DNA of 64,000 bases from Pseudomonas phage pPa_SNUABM_DT01: sequence record MW735835.1; one strand, given 5' to 3'. Below the pieces are notes generated by a model, which was given only the letters and a program-made list of their open reading frames with translations, was not told the DNA's origin and searched no databases. Numbering within the stretch: the stretch's first letter is position 1; each line of letters starts with the position of its first letter. The translations under genes and the position numbers were made by a program. Shown one piece after another: positions 39,366 through 47,826 of the stretch.

Positions 39366-40040
39366 TCACAGATCGCCGATATTGGTCGATGGGTACGCTC
39401 GATTCGGACCCCAGATAATGCGGACGGCACCCTTACCACCAGCCGAGTGGTTATACGGGTAGCCAGGACCAGCGTTATAAGAACCACCACCACCACCGAA
39501 GTCACTACCAGTACGAACAGCTGGCCAGTTATAGCCAGCAGGGCGAACGGTGTACTGTGTCCAGGTTTTGATGTTGAAGCCGTATTCGTTGTTGGCGGGG
39601 GCTAGACCACCTGCGTTACCACCACCTATCGAAGGACTGTTAAGGTAAGTAGGTGCTGCATCCATACCCTGGATCTTCCCACCGAGTGGATCTTCCGAAG
39701 AATACCCAAATGCGGTGGCAGGGGAGCCGATGCCGGACACTGCTCCTGCTCCACCACCCGGTGGCACTACGATGGTGTATTTTTCACCTGGGGTAACGGG
39801 GATGTCGTTGATGTACCGGACGTTACCACCTCGTCCGTTATGACACAGTGCAGCACTGGAAGAACTGCGAGCACCACCACCGGCACCGACCATGGCCAAG
39901 CTGATACTGTAGACGTTATCCGGACAAGTCCATTCGAATGTACCTACGGTGGTGAAGTACTGCTGACCATTCACCAGCGTCAGCTTTTTAGCAGGAGGCC
40001 CACCTGCAAGAAGAAAGGTTCTCACGTTGTGATCTCTCAA
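39366..40040 (-). CDS. Glycine-rich protein, 224 aa; probable virion or fibre accessory.
   Basis: GGGARSSS, PPGGGAGAVSGIG, GGGNAGG, GGGGGSYNAGPGY. The track start is TTG, no in-frame ATG lies upstream, and a GTG is 15 nt downstream, so the start is uncertain. Confidence 0.5.
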   Translation of the reverse strand: MRDHNVRTFLLAGGPPAKKLTLVNGQQYFTTVGTFEWTCPDNVYSISLAMVGAGGGARSSSSAALCHNGRGGNVRYINDIPVTPGEKYTIVVPPGGGAGAVSGIGSPATAFGYSSEDPLGGKIQGMDAAPTYLNSPSIGGGNAGGLAPANNEYGFNIKTWTQYTVRPAGYNWPAVRTGSDFGGGGGSYNAGPGYPYNHSAGGKGAVRIIWGPNRAYPSTNIGDL

Positions 40041-40249
40041 TCAGTTAAAAAAGGTCGTACATAGGATTTCCCCGTAATTTATTCCGGGTGGGGGTAATCC
40101 TCTGAATAAATTCGAAATGCTATAAAAAGCATTGTCGGAGCCTGCGTAGACAATGCGCTAGCGGAGGAGCGAAGCGACGACTTCTTCTATTCTTTTCTGT
40201 GGGACGCGAGTCCGAGTACAGTATGAAGTACTCCTAGGCTCATCTGGAC

Positions 40250-40465
40250 GTGACTATGGACATCAAACTGTTTTCTGACGTAGCGTTGTTTCTGGCATTG
40301 TTGGTCTCTACAGTGACCATCAGTCATTGTGCAGGTTTCGTGAAGCATAACAACATCCAACCGATCAAGATCCATCTGGATGCAATCGAGATGTTGAACA
40401 TCGTATTGACCCTGACGATTGCAGCAAAGATCGGTATCCAGGTATGGAATTGGAGTAATCCCTGA
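40250..40465 (+). CDS. Small membrane protein, 71 aa.
   Basis: Two hydrophobic segments; first gene of the accessory array. Confidence 0.35.
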   Translation: MTMDIKLFSDVALFLALLVSTVTISHCAGFVKHNNIQPIKIHLDAIEMLNIVLTLTIAAKIGIQVWNWSNP

Positions 40466-40680
40466 TGTACACCCTTGCGTTGATGGTCATTGCCCTGTGC
40501 TTAGTGTTTTCGATCATCGTGACTTTCGATGTCCACCACAAGTTGAGTTACACCAGTATCCGAGATCACCGTAAGGTCTTGAGGCTGGCAGGGACGGTGC
40601 AGATCTTGATCCTCCTGTGGATCATTGGTGTCATCCTGTATCGCCACGTGCGCATTGTGAACGGATGGTGGCCACTATGA
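40465..40680 (+). CDS. Small membrane protein, 71 aa.
   Basis: ATGA overlap with the previous gene; two hydrophobic segments. Confidence 0.35.
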   Translation: MYTLALMVIALCLVFSIIVTFDVHHKLSYTSIRDHRKVLRLAGTVQILILLWIIGVILYRHVRIVNGWWPL

Positions 40681-40898
40681 GCGAGATCTCTGAGAAAGCC
40701 CAACTGGAAGCGGATCTGGCGTACATCGATGCTATCTTGATTGCCATTGATGATGCAGCAGAGAAACGTCAACAGGCCCTCCATACGAAGCATAAGGACT
40801 ACCTGTCACCTTCTGTCGTAGAAGCCCGGAATACCCTGTCTATCCGTCGGGTAGGGATCGCGGCTAAGCTGCAACGGATCAAGCTCATCGGGCGTTAG
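40677..40898 (+). CDS. Hypothetical protein, 73 aa (MSEISEKAQLEAD..).
   Basis: ATGA overlap coupling with the gene before it. Confidence 0.4.
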   Translation: MSEISEKAQLEADLAYIDAILIAIDDAAEKRQQALHTKHKDYLSPSVVEARNTLSIRRVGIAAKLQRIKLIGR

Positions 40899-41086
40899 AT
40901 AGAGGGGTGGAAATCTCAGCTAACTCCCCCAAGACGGATAAGCAAAAATCAAAGCGTAGCAGGGGGCTTTTCCCTGCTTATGCTCCGCGTCACCGTGAAA
41001 TTCGGGGAGGACGGAAGCTGCATCTAGTTATATAGCTTTTAGACACCCTATTTATATCGGGATTAAGAATTCCATCCGAATCAATT

Positions 41087-41106
41087 ATAACGATACATCA
41101 TTAACA
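41087..41106 (+). promoter_or_regulatory. Promoter-like motif TATAACGATACATCATTAAC.
   Basis: Near-identical to 12494..12513; sits 50 nt upstream of the RBS-ATG at 41157. Confidence 0.4.
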
Positions 41107-41156
41107 TGAAGTGGCGTCACTTCTTCGCCCTAATCTTCCAACTTACTGGAGGCATA

Positions 41157-41360
41157 ATGAAACCGTATATCTGGATAGTCCTCATCATCGGCGCTATCTT
41201 CTTCTTTTCGGGATGTCTCCTCGGCCGTGCTGAAGGTGGGGAGGCAGAACGGCAAGTGACTGTTCGCGAGATGGTGACCTTTACGTTTATCGTTAATGGC
41301 GGAACGACCATGGCGCTGGGTCTGATATGGATGATCACCTTCCATGTTCAAACTGGCTAA
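41157..41360 (+). CDS. Small membrane protein, 67 aa from MKPYIW.
   Basis: GGAGG RBS before the ATG at 41157. The track start at 41106 lies inside the promoter-like motif. Confidence 0.35.
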   Translation: MKPYIWIVLIIGAIFFFSGCLLGRAEGGEAERQVTVREMVTFTFIVNGGTTMALGLIWMITFHVQTG

Positions 41361-41519
41361 ATGGTAAATAAATACTAGGTCGGGTAATGATGTAGGGGAA
41401 GGGTACCAGCATCCCCGGGACAGACCAGGCGCGCGGTTAGGCAACGGCCACCGCCCCTGGCTGTCAGCTATGCCGCGTGACAGGTAGTCTACACTAACGA
41501 TGCACTATGGGGACTCGTC

Positions 41520-41714
41520 ATGAGTGAAGCCGTAGCACTGCTCCGTCGTTCTACCGAGACAAAGCAAGATACCCTGGACCTCCATTCACCGGAGATAGAG
41601 GCTAAGAACCGTGAGGCACTCCTGCTGGTCAGGAAACTACTTCGCGATTCAGTGGTCATGCCAGTGAATGAGATCGTGCTGCACAGGCTTTACCAACCCG
41701 AGTTGATTGCGTAA
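41520..41714 (+). CDS. Hypothetical small protein, 64 aa.
   Basis: ORF only. Confidence 0.3.
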   Translation: MSEAVALLRRSTETKQDTLDLHSPEIEAKNREALLLVRKLLRDSVVMPVNEIVLHRLYQPELIA

Positions 41715-41851
41715 CCGCTACACCACTAAAACTCTTTACTATGCTGCTGCTCCTTCAGCATTAACCCGTAGCCGACATTGTCGGTCCTACCCAGAGCCTC
41801 CCATAGGGCTCTGGGTAGGGGGTCTATTCCCTTTGACCATGAGAGGTAACC

Positions 41852-42229
41852 ATGAAGTTCCTACGTAGACTGTACGCTCGAATCTGTCACCGCATCACCG
41901 GTGAGATGCCCACCCTGTACGAAGGCTATATGTACGGCATGGGTTTCACGCCTCCGAACTTCCTGATCCGTTTCAGACCAGGCTGTCCCTTTGTCAAGAA
42001 CAACGTCCCTGTCTCCCTCAACCATCAGGTGATCCACCTCAGCTATTACGATCAGAACGGTCTGGGGGATTTCTCCTACGTCATGACACTCAAAGACGAG
42101 CAAGATCGTCTCATCAAGATCCGTACCGGTAAGAAAGAGATCGGAGACATCGGCATCGAGTTCGTCCCGTTCTATGACATCTTCATCCGGCCTGGGCTTG
42201 CTCAGCCGATAGAGTCTATCGAGAGCTAG
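41852..42229 (+). CDS. Hypothetical protein, 125 aa.
   Basis: GAGAGGTAACC before the ATG; followed by a terminator. Confidence 0.45.
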   Translation: MKFLRRLYARICHRITGEMPTLYEGYMYGMGFTPPNFLIRFRPGCPFVKNNVPVSLNHQVIHLSYYDQNGLGDFSYVMTLKDEQDRLIKIRTGKKEIGDIGIEFVPFYDIFIRPGLAQPIESIES

Positions 42230-42246
42230 GGGATATCCCCTAGCTT
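42225..42246 (+). terminator. Hairpin AGCTAGGGGATATCCCCTAGCT followed by TCTTTTTTCTTTG.
   Basis: Inverted repeat plus T-run; GGGGATATCCCC-loop family. Confidence 0.5.
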
Positions 42247-42355
42247 CTTTTTTCTTTGTCAGAAAGTCGATTCGAATATTTTTCAGCAATACATAGTACT
42301 GGTGATCCACTGGAATAATCCATTGGTTAACCATGTACTGAACTGGAGATACATC

Positions 42356-42880
42356 ATGCTGAAGAATGTCCTGGGTGTTGCTGCTGTTGCTGGCGTAGCT
42401 TTCGTTGGTTACAAAGCCATTCGCCACTTCAAGAAAGACAGCCCTGCCGAGCTGCAAGTGTCGGCAAAGGAAGCAGTTGATAACGCACTGAAGGGCGTGC
42501 GTGAAGACCTGGCCAAGCCGGCTCCGGCCAAGTCCGATCTGCACCAGACCTTCGAGGCCTACTACGCCACCATCGCCACGTCGATTGGTTTCGAGCAGTC
42601 CTGGAAGAACGGCACCGACTACCTGAACGGTGCCATCAAGAACGTGAAGCTGGAAGATGGCAAGCTGGCCAAGTCGATCGACGATCACGGTCGTCGCATC
42701 ATCCTGATCGGCACTCAACACGGCACCATCGTGCTGTTCGAGCGTTTCAGCCCGCAAGTCCCCAACCAGCCGTTCGTCGTGGTTCACAACGAGCCACGTG
42801 AGCTGATCAACGACATCCCGCGCAGCAACCTGACCATGGAACAATTCGTTTCCGTGGTCGGCACGTTCGCAAAGCGTTAA
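42356..42880 (+). CDS. Protein of 174 aa with an N-terminal signal / anchor helix (MLKNVLGVAAVAGVAFVGY).
   Basis: ATG with GGAGAT upstream; the track start is 54 nt further up. Confidence 0.45.
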   Translation: MLKNVLGVAAVAGVAFVGYKAIRHFKKDSPAELQVSAKEAVDNALKGVREDLAKPAPAKSDLHQTFEAYYATIATSIGFEQSWKNGTDYLNGAIKNVKLEDGKLAKSIDDHGRRIILIGTQHGTIVLFERFSPQVPNQPFVVVHNEPRELINDIPRSNLTMEQFVSVVGTFAKR

Positions 42881-42983
42881 TGATGAAGGGCTGGGGTCAC
42901 ACCCAGCCCCATCACTTAGTTTCATTCCGAGAGTGAGACTAAGTGATGGACCGTGTACCCACAATCCCAACTGGAGATAGAAC

Positions 42984-43184
42984 ATGACTAAGTTCTTCAG
43001 GTTGGTAAATGGTGAGTACCTTCCCATGAGTACTAGCGAGCTTAGGTTCTACCCGCTAGTGAAGTTTCTGAAGGAAACCTTTTACCAACTTCCCGACGGC
43101 CAAATGGTCAAGTCGGCTGTCGTACCAACCGAGTATCCCGAACTCATCGACGAGTTCACCAGCGCCCTCATGGCGTCTGAATAA
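42984..43184 (+). CDS. Hypothetical small protein, 66 aa.
   Basis: GGAGATAGAAC before the ATG. Confidence 0.35.
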   Translation: MTKFFRLVNGEYLPMSTSELRFYPLVKFLKETFYQLPDGQMVKSAVVPTEYPELIDEFTSALMASE

Positions 43185-43206
43185 CCCTGTTCTTAGGAGA
43201 ACAATC

Positions 43207-43770
43207 ATGAAAGTTTCCAAAGCCCCGGTTACCTCCACTGTAGCCGCCCTGATGTCCGCTGCCCGTGTTACTGAACCGACGCGCGTTGAGTGGGGCAGTG
43301 GTACCCGCGTTGAGTTCAAGCGCGGTAACAACCATTCTGGCATCGCCCTGAAATACGTGATGGACGACTACGATCGCGAAAGCATCTGGTTGTCTTCCGA
43401 ATGGAGCGATCTGGATAGCGACAAACAAGACCTGGTGCTGGCTGCGGCTATCAAGCTCGGCTACACCTGCTTCATGGTCAACAAGGACCTGGTCTCCATC
43501 ATCTCCTCGATCCACACCGTGATCATCGAGCCGGATGTGAGCGTCAAGTCCAAACCCCGTCATGCCACTTCCTGGGAGAACGCTCAGGAGTACGGCCTGT
43601 CGGGTTATCGCAAGAACGCCGATCGCCGTGTCGAGACCAAAGTCGAAACCGGCCCGGTCACCGTCAGCACCAACGTGAAAGTCACCGGTAAGGGTCTGAT
43701 GATCGGTCTGGGTGTCCTGGCTGTAGGCCTGGGCATCTGCGCCATCGCAGCCTCTGTATCCGACAACTGA
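43207..43770 (+). CDS. C-terminally membrane-anchored protein, 187 aa.
   Basis: C-terminal helix GLMIGLGVLAVGLGICAIAA; AGGAGAACAATC before the ATG. Confidence 0.45.
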   Translation: MKVSKAPVTSTVAALMSAARVTEPTRVEWGSGTRVEFKRGNNHSGIALKYVMDDYDRESIWLSSEWSDLDSDKQDLVLAAAIKLGYTCFMVNKDLVSIISSIHTVIIEPDVSVKSKPRHATSWENAQEYGLSGYRKNADRRVETKVETGPVTVSTNVKVTGKGLMIGLGVLAVGLGICAIAASVSDN

Positions 43771-43801
43771 TCCATAACCCCGTCCCATTAGGAGAGACAC
43801 C

Positions 43802-44080
43802 ATGCAACAAGCCCAAGCCGCCAAGAAAGAATACCACGACGCCAACGGCAAGTTCTTCACCCGTCGTGAGACCCCCGACATGGTCTACTGGGAACTGTGC
43901 CGTTACGGTTCCTCGGTGTCCGATGCCCAAGCGGTAGAAGACATCAAGAAGAACGGCTACAAGCGTGTGGAAACCCGTGGCCAGAACGATCACGTCTACG
44001 TGAAAGTCTCGGTGCTGCTGGCCACCACTGCGAAAGACGAAGTGCTGAAAGAAATCAACGCCCACATGGGCATCCAGTAA
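43802..44080 (+). CDS. Hypothetical protein, 92 aa.
   Basis: AGGAGAGACACC before the ATG. Confidence 0.45.
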   Translation: MQQAQAAKKEYHDANGKFFTRRETPDMVYWELCRYGSSVSDAQAVEDIKKNGYKRVETRGQNDHVYVKVSVLLATTAKDEVLKEINAHMGIQ

Positions 44081-44156
44081 GCGTTGAGTCTCTCAGAGGG
44101 GTTCGTAAGAGCCCCTCTCGGAGAAACAACCCATAACCTAATCTTGGAGATACACC

Positions 44157-44579
44157 ATGTCTTATTACACCTACCAGCTGAACCCTGGTGCTGAATCCGC
44201 CGTCAAAGCCGTCACCCATGATGGCAAGCGCGGTACCGTAGAAGCTGGTCTGTGGGTCGATTACGAAGTCGCTGGTGACACGATGGTGGTCAAAGCCATC
44301 GCCAGCGGTATCCTCCCACCTGTAACCATCACCCGCTTCACTTCCTTCAATCGCCTGGCCCAAGGCGATCAAGGAGTGATCGCCGTAGTGGCAAAATCCC
44401 TCAACATGAAGAAGATCAAAGTCGGCTCCGACACTGTCCACCTGGTGGATTCTGCGGCAGAATCGGACAAGGTCTTCAGCAAAATCAAACGTGACAGTGC
44501 ACTGAAGACTCTGGGCGTTCTGGCCGGGGTTGCCGTAGTCATCGGCGTTGGTTCCTGGCTGTCCAACCGTAACAACTAA
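44157..44579 (+). CDS. C-terminally membrane-anchored protein, 140 aa.
   Basis: C-terminal helix TLGVLAGVAVVIGVGSWL. Confidence 0.45.
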   Translation: MSYYTYQLNPGAESAVKAVTHDGKRGTVEAGLWVDYEVAGDTMVVKAIASGILPPVTITRFTSFNRLAQGDQGVIAVVAKSLNMKKIKVGSDTVHLVDSAAESDKVFSKIKRDSALKTLGVLAGVAVVIGVGSWLSNRNN

Positions 44580-44603
44580 CCACACCTGAAAGGAGGAGTG
44601 GCC

Positions 44604-44825
44604 ATGTCTAGCATCAACAAGCAAATCATCGCCACTCGTCTCCGTGTGGCCAAGAACTTCAATCTCCTGATCGGCGCTGGCGTTGACAGCATGGTCGCCG
44701 CGGAGATTGTCAGTAAGCACAACAACCTGGCCTTCAACGACATCCGTGTCGCTGACGACCGCATCGTAATCGAATACAAGACCTGTACTTCCAAACACAG
44801 TGTCGATTTCCCTATCGCTGCATAA
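44604..44825 (+). CDS. Hypothetical protein, 73 aa from MSSINKQ.
   Basis: AGGAGG RBS before the ATG at 44604; the track start is a GTG 6 nt upstream. Confidence 0.4.
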   Translation: MSSINKQIIATRLRVAKNFNLLIGAGVDSMVAAEIVSKHNNLAFNDIRVADDRIVIEYKTCTSKHSVDFPIAA

Positions 44826-44836
44826 GGAGCAATACC

Positions 44837-45004
44837 ATGGATAAGAAAGAAGTTGCGCTGTACGTTGGAGCTGCTGTTGTTGGTACTATCATCGGTACCG
44901 TCACTGGCAACTGGCTGAGCAAGAAACTGTTCCACCCGCTGATGTGCGATTGCGACAAGTGCAAAGCTGAGAACGATGCGCTGGCTGCCAAAGGCAACAA
45001 GTAA
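44837..45004 (+). CDS. Small membrane protein, 55 aa, with a C-terminal CDCDKC cluster; not in the ORF track because it is under 60 aa.
   Basis: AAGGAG RBS 6 nt before the ATG; a transmembrane helix then MCDCDKCKAEN. Confidence 0.35.
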   Translation: MDKKEVALYVGAAVVGTIIGTVTGNWLSKKLFHPLMCDCDKCKAENDALAAKGNK

Positions 45005-45071
45005 GACAGCATAAGAGGGAGGGCAACCTCCCTCTATCCTCTCATCTCATTTTATCTTTGGAGGATCTGGC

Positions 45072-45809
45072 ATGAGCGAGATCTTGGTTGTAGAACTTCG
45101 TCGAGGTAAGCTTGGCAAAGAAGAACAACTGTTGGTCGATATGGCCAATGAATTGGGTATCGAGGTACAGACCACGTACGAGAAAGTGGTCTCTCGTAAC
45201 CAATTCGCCTTCAACGAGAATCACATCGTTGCGGGTGGGGTGCAATTTATCAAACATGCGCTCCGGGCCTACGGTAAAGAGTTGCCAGTTGAGAACTCTT
45301 ATCCGGAATGCTTGCACAAGTACTTGAAACGTGAAGTGAGGAAGGTTCGCACTCTGCGCGAAGCCAAGGCGATGCTCGATGAGGGCAGAACACTCTTCAT
45401 CAAACCGTGCAACATAAAGCGATTCACAGGCTTCGTCACCTGCGATCGAAACGACTTCCGGTTTAATGGCGCATCGGATCAAACGCCGGTGTGGATTTCC
45501 GAACCGGTGCAGTTCGACAGTGAATGGCGCTGTTATGTGGCCAACGGTATCATCGTGGGCGTGGAGTTCACTGACAATAGCGGTATGATTTCAGTCAAGC
45601 CTCACGTAGGCGTCATCTACGATGCCGTGCGGATCTTGACGGAGAATGGTGGTCATGCGGGTTATGCCATTGATTTCGGTGTCCTGAAGAACGGCCAGAC
45701 TGTGTTGGTTGAACTCAACGACGGTTTCTCCATAGGTGCCTACGGTGACATAGACCCAGAAGCGTACTGGGAAGTCATCCGTCAACGCTGGAAAGAGATG
45801 ATCCGCTAG
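45072..45809 (+). CDS. ATP-grasp fold protein (phage R2K / DUF4343-like), 245 aa.
   Basis: RTLFIKPCNIKRFTGFV .. WRCYVANGIIVGVE .. GYAIDFGVLKNGQTVLVELNDGFSIGAYG. Confidence 0.6.
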   Translation: MSEILVVELRRGKLGKEEQLLVDMANELGIEVQTTYEKVVSRNQFAFNENHIVAGGVQFIKHALRAYGKELPVENSYPECLHKYLKREVRKVRTLREAKAMLDEGRTLFIKPCNIKRFTGFVTCDRNDFRFNGASDQTPVWISEPVQFDSEWRCYVANGIIVGVEFTDNSGMISVKPHVGVIYDAVRILTENGGHAGYAIDFGVLKNGQTVLVELNDGFSIGAYGDIDPEAYWEVIRQRWKEMIR

Positions 45810-45817
45810 ACGGCATA

Positions 45818-45841
45818 AGAGGGAGCCCTAGGGCTCCCTCT
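45818..45841. terminator. Hairpin AGAGGGAGCCCTAGGGCTCCCTCT followed by TAGCTTTCTTTTTTCTTTTTTGC; between convergent genes.
   Basis: Palindrome plus T-run (CATAGAG-family variant). Confidence 0.5.
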
Positions 45842-45863
45842 AGCTTTCTTTTTTCTTTTTTGC

Positions 45864-46589
45864 TTACGCGATGCGCAGGTTGCTCGGATGCAGACCTTCC
45901 ACCAACTTCTGCTCGACCTTGGCCGCAGCTTCCGCTTTGGTGATCAGACCGTCCTTGTTTGCATCCAGGCCCTTGTTCTGCATGTAGGCTTTGGACTTGG
46001 CGTTCGCTTCGCTGAACAGCACGTAGTCTTCAGGCTTACCGACAGCAACCGGGTAGAGGATGCGCATGTAGACGTCGGAAAGGGTCTGCAACTTGCCTGC
46101 GTAGGGCTTGAAGAAGTTGTAGACGTAGGTCAGCTGTTCTTCAGCGGTCATCTTCAGAAGCTTGGCCACGGTGGTGCCAGCATCCTTAGCGGCCGCATCG
46201 CCGAACTGGATGATGCCGTAGTACGGAGCACCCGCGCCGTTCTTGATGGTCGGGGAGAACGTACCGCCGGTCTCGAACGCCATGCAGGCCATCAACTGAT
46301 CCTGACCCTGCCAGCCCATCTTCAGCTTCTGGGCGATCTCGCCAGTCTTGAAGCAGAAGTCCAGGGACACCCGTTCAGACCACGCAGGAGCCTTGCAGTA
46401 AGCGAAAAGCAGGACACCAATACCATCGGGTGCATTCGACGGTTTGGACATCGTGGAGGCCTTCCTACGGGCGTTCAGGAACGCCCCGTGAGATGCCGGA
46501 CCCCACAGGCCGTCAATGACGCCGGTGTAGAGGCCCATGGCCTTCATGTTGCGCTGAAGTTCCTTCAGCTGTTCCTTAGTTGCTGCCAT
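45864..46589 (-). CDS. Endolysin: N-terminal peptidoglycan-binding domain plus a C-terminal muramidase / GH19-like catalytic domain, 241 aa from MAATKEQ.
   Basis: LQRNMKAMGLYTGVIDGLWGPASHGAF (PG_binding_1 pattern); C-terminal AFETGGTFSP..YYGIIQFGD. Confidence 0.6.
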   Translation of the reverse strand: MAATKEQLKELQRNMKAMGLYTGVIDGLWGPASHGAFLNARRKASTMSKPSNAPDGIGVLLFAYCKAPAWSERVSLDFCFKTGEIAQKLKMGWQGQDQLMACMAFETGGTFSPTIKNGAGAPYYGIIQFGDAAAKDAGTTVAKLLKMTAEEQLTYVYNFFKPYAGKLQTLSDVYMRILYPVAVGKPEDYVLFSEANAKSKAYMQNKGLDANKDGLITKAEAAAKVEQKLVEGLHPSNLRIA

Positions 46590-47226
46590 TGCCAAGGCCC
46601 TCGAGGAAAGTCTGCATGGCCGGATACATGTCACGCAGCTTGGTGAATGGGAGGTTGCTGATCTGGGCGGACTGCGGCTGTTCGATGCCAGTGACCTTCC
46701 AGTCGAAACGCAGGCCCTGCTGGGTCAGCGTCAACGGAGTCGAACTGGTTGCCTCGAACTTGGTGATGTGCACCGCGTTCTGGTAAGACCACTTGGTTTT
46801 CTCCAGCACACGCCACAGTGCTGCCGATGCCACCTGCTCAGCGGACTCCTGAGCGTAGGTCAGCAGGCTCATGGAGTCGGCCAGGACCTTGGCGTTCAGG
46901 AAGTCGTTGATGATGGCGTCTTCCACGTAGAGCATCTTCGGCGTGATGGTGCCCTTGGTGCGGAAGTACAGACGGGAGATCTGCGGACGGTTACGCGGGA
47001 TGTACGGTTGAGCGTTGCCACCTTCGTGAGGGGCATCGGCTTCTTCCGGCCACCACTCGATGGTGTAACCCACGATGGCGTATTGCAGATCGCTCAGGAA
47101 GTTGAAGACCGTGGCTTCCTTGATGCGGCAGTTGGCGCGCAGTTGCACACCGGAGTTGTCGATCAGGCGCAGGCAGCGGAAATGCCCACGATCTGCACCG
47201 GCATAGAGGGGTTGTTCTTCAGCCAC
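46576..47226 (-). CDS. Hypothetical protein, 216 aa.
   Basis: Coupled ORF in the late operon. Confidence 0.45.
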   Translation of the reverse strand: MAEEQPLYAGADRGHFRCLRLIDNSGVQLRANCRIKEATVFNFLSDLQYAIVGYTIEWWPEEADAPHEGGNAQPYIPRNRPQISRLYFRTKGTITPKMLYVEDAIINDFLNAKVLADSMSLLTYAQESAEQVASAALWRVLEKTKWSYQNAVHITKFEATSSTPLTLTQQGLRFDWKVTGIEQPQSAQISNLPFTKLRDMYPAMQTFLEGLGNGSN

Positions 47227-47235
47227 GATGGCCTC

Positions 47236-47826
47236 CTAAAGGTCTTTGACGACGTAGTACTCGTGCAGCAGACTCAGCCGCATCTCTTCCGTCACGTGCG
47301 TCACGCTGTGCTGGATATAGCTGGGGAAGATGTAGACATCACCAGCTTTGGGTGAGATGCGATAGTTGCCGAAATGGAACTGACGCATGGGTTTGGGATA
47401 CCCGCGACATGCGTTACCACGAGGGTCGAACATGTTCAAACCATTTGCCGAGTCCGACGGGTAGCAAATTGCCGACAGGACAGACCCGGGATGGTAATGC
47501 GGATACAGGCCTTCACCGCTTTCGATCCACTTGCCATTGGTCTCGACGTAGAACTCTTCCATGCTGGTGCCGAAGGCATGCTTGGAGAACTCTTTGACCG
47601 CCGGAGTGATCACGTCGTCACGGATCTCGATGATCAGTGGCATGACATCGCGCAGGACTTTCACCTGCGAGGCGTCTTCGCCCTGGGTCATGGTGAACAG
47701 CAGGAAGATCTCTTCTGCGTAGGCTTCCATGTCGAAGCGGTCAGCCACGTTGAAGTGTGCAATCTCGGTTTTCCACGGTTGGATGATTTCCACGTTACGC
47801 TCCATTAACAGAAATGATGCCCTCAT
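47236..47826 (-). CDS. 2OG-Fe(II)-oxygenase-like protein (phage / cyanophage-associated PF13759-type), 196 aa.
   Basis: LYPHYHPGSVLSAICYP .. GDVYIFPSYIQHSV (HxH .. FPS..H.V pattern). Confidence 0.55.
   Translation of the reverse strand: MRASFLLMERNVEIIQPWKTEIAHFNVADRFDMEAYAEEIFLLFTMTQGEDASQVKVLRDVMPLIIEIRDDVITPAVKEFSKHAFGTSMEEFYVETNGKWIESGEGLYPHYHPGSVLSAICYPSDSANGLNMFDPRGNACRGYPKPMRQFHFGNYRISPKAGDVYIFPSYIQHSVTHVTEEMRLSLLHEYYVVKDL

Noticed and set aside
38382-39369. Ser/Arg/Pro-rich ORFs (38416..39369 minus, 38382..38732 minus, 38082..38957 plus) in the GAT/GGT/GAC repeat region.
   Set aside because: Artefacts of the repetitive DNA encoding the acidic tail of the 1191-aa protein; all other frames of a GAY/GGY array are open by construction.
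40041-40249. Possible extra copy of the promoter motif (GTCGTACATAGGAT at 40054) and an inverted repeat GGATTT..AATCC.
   Set aside because: Only a partial match to the ATACATTATCG family and 190 nt from the nearest plus-strand start. Kept as part of the divergent promoter region but not called as a separate feature.
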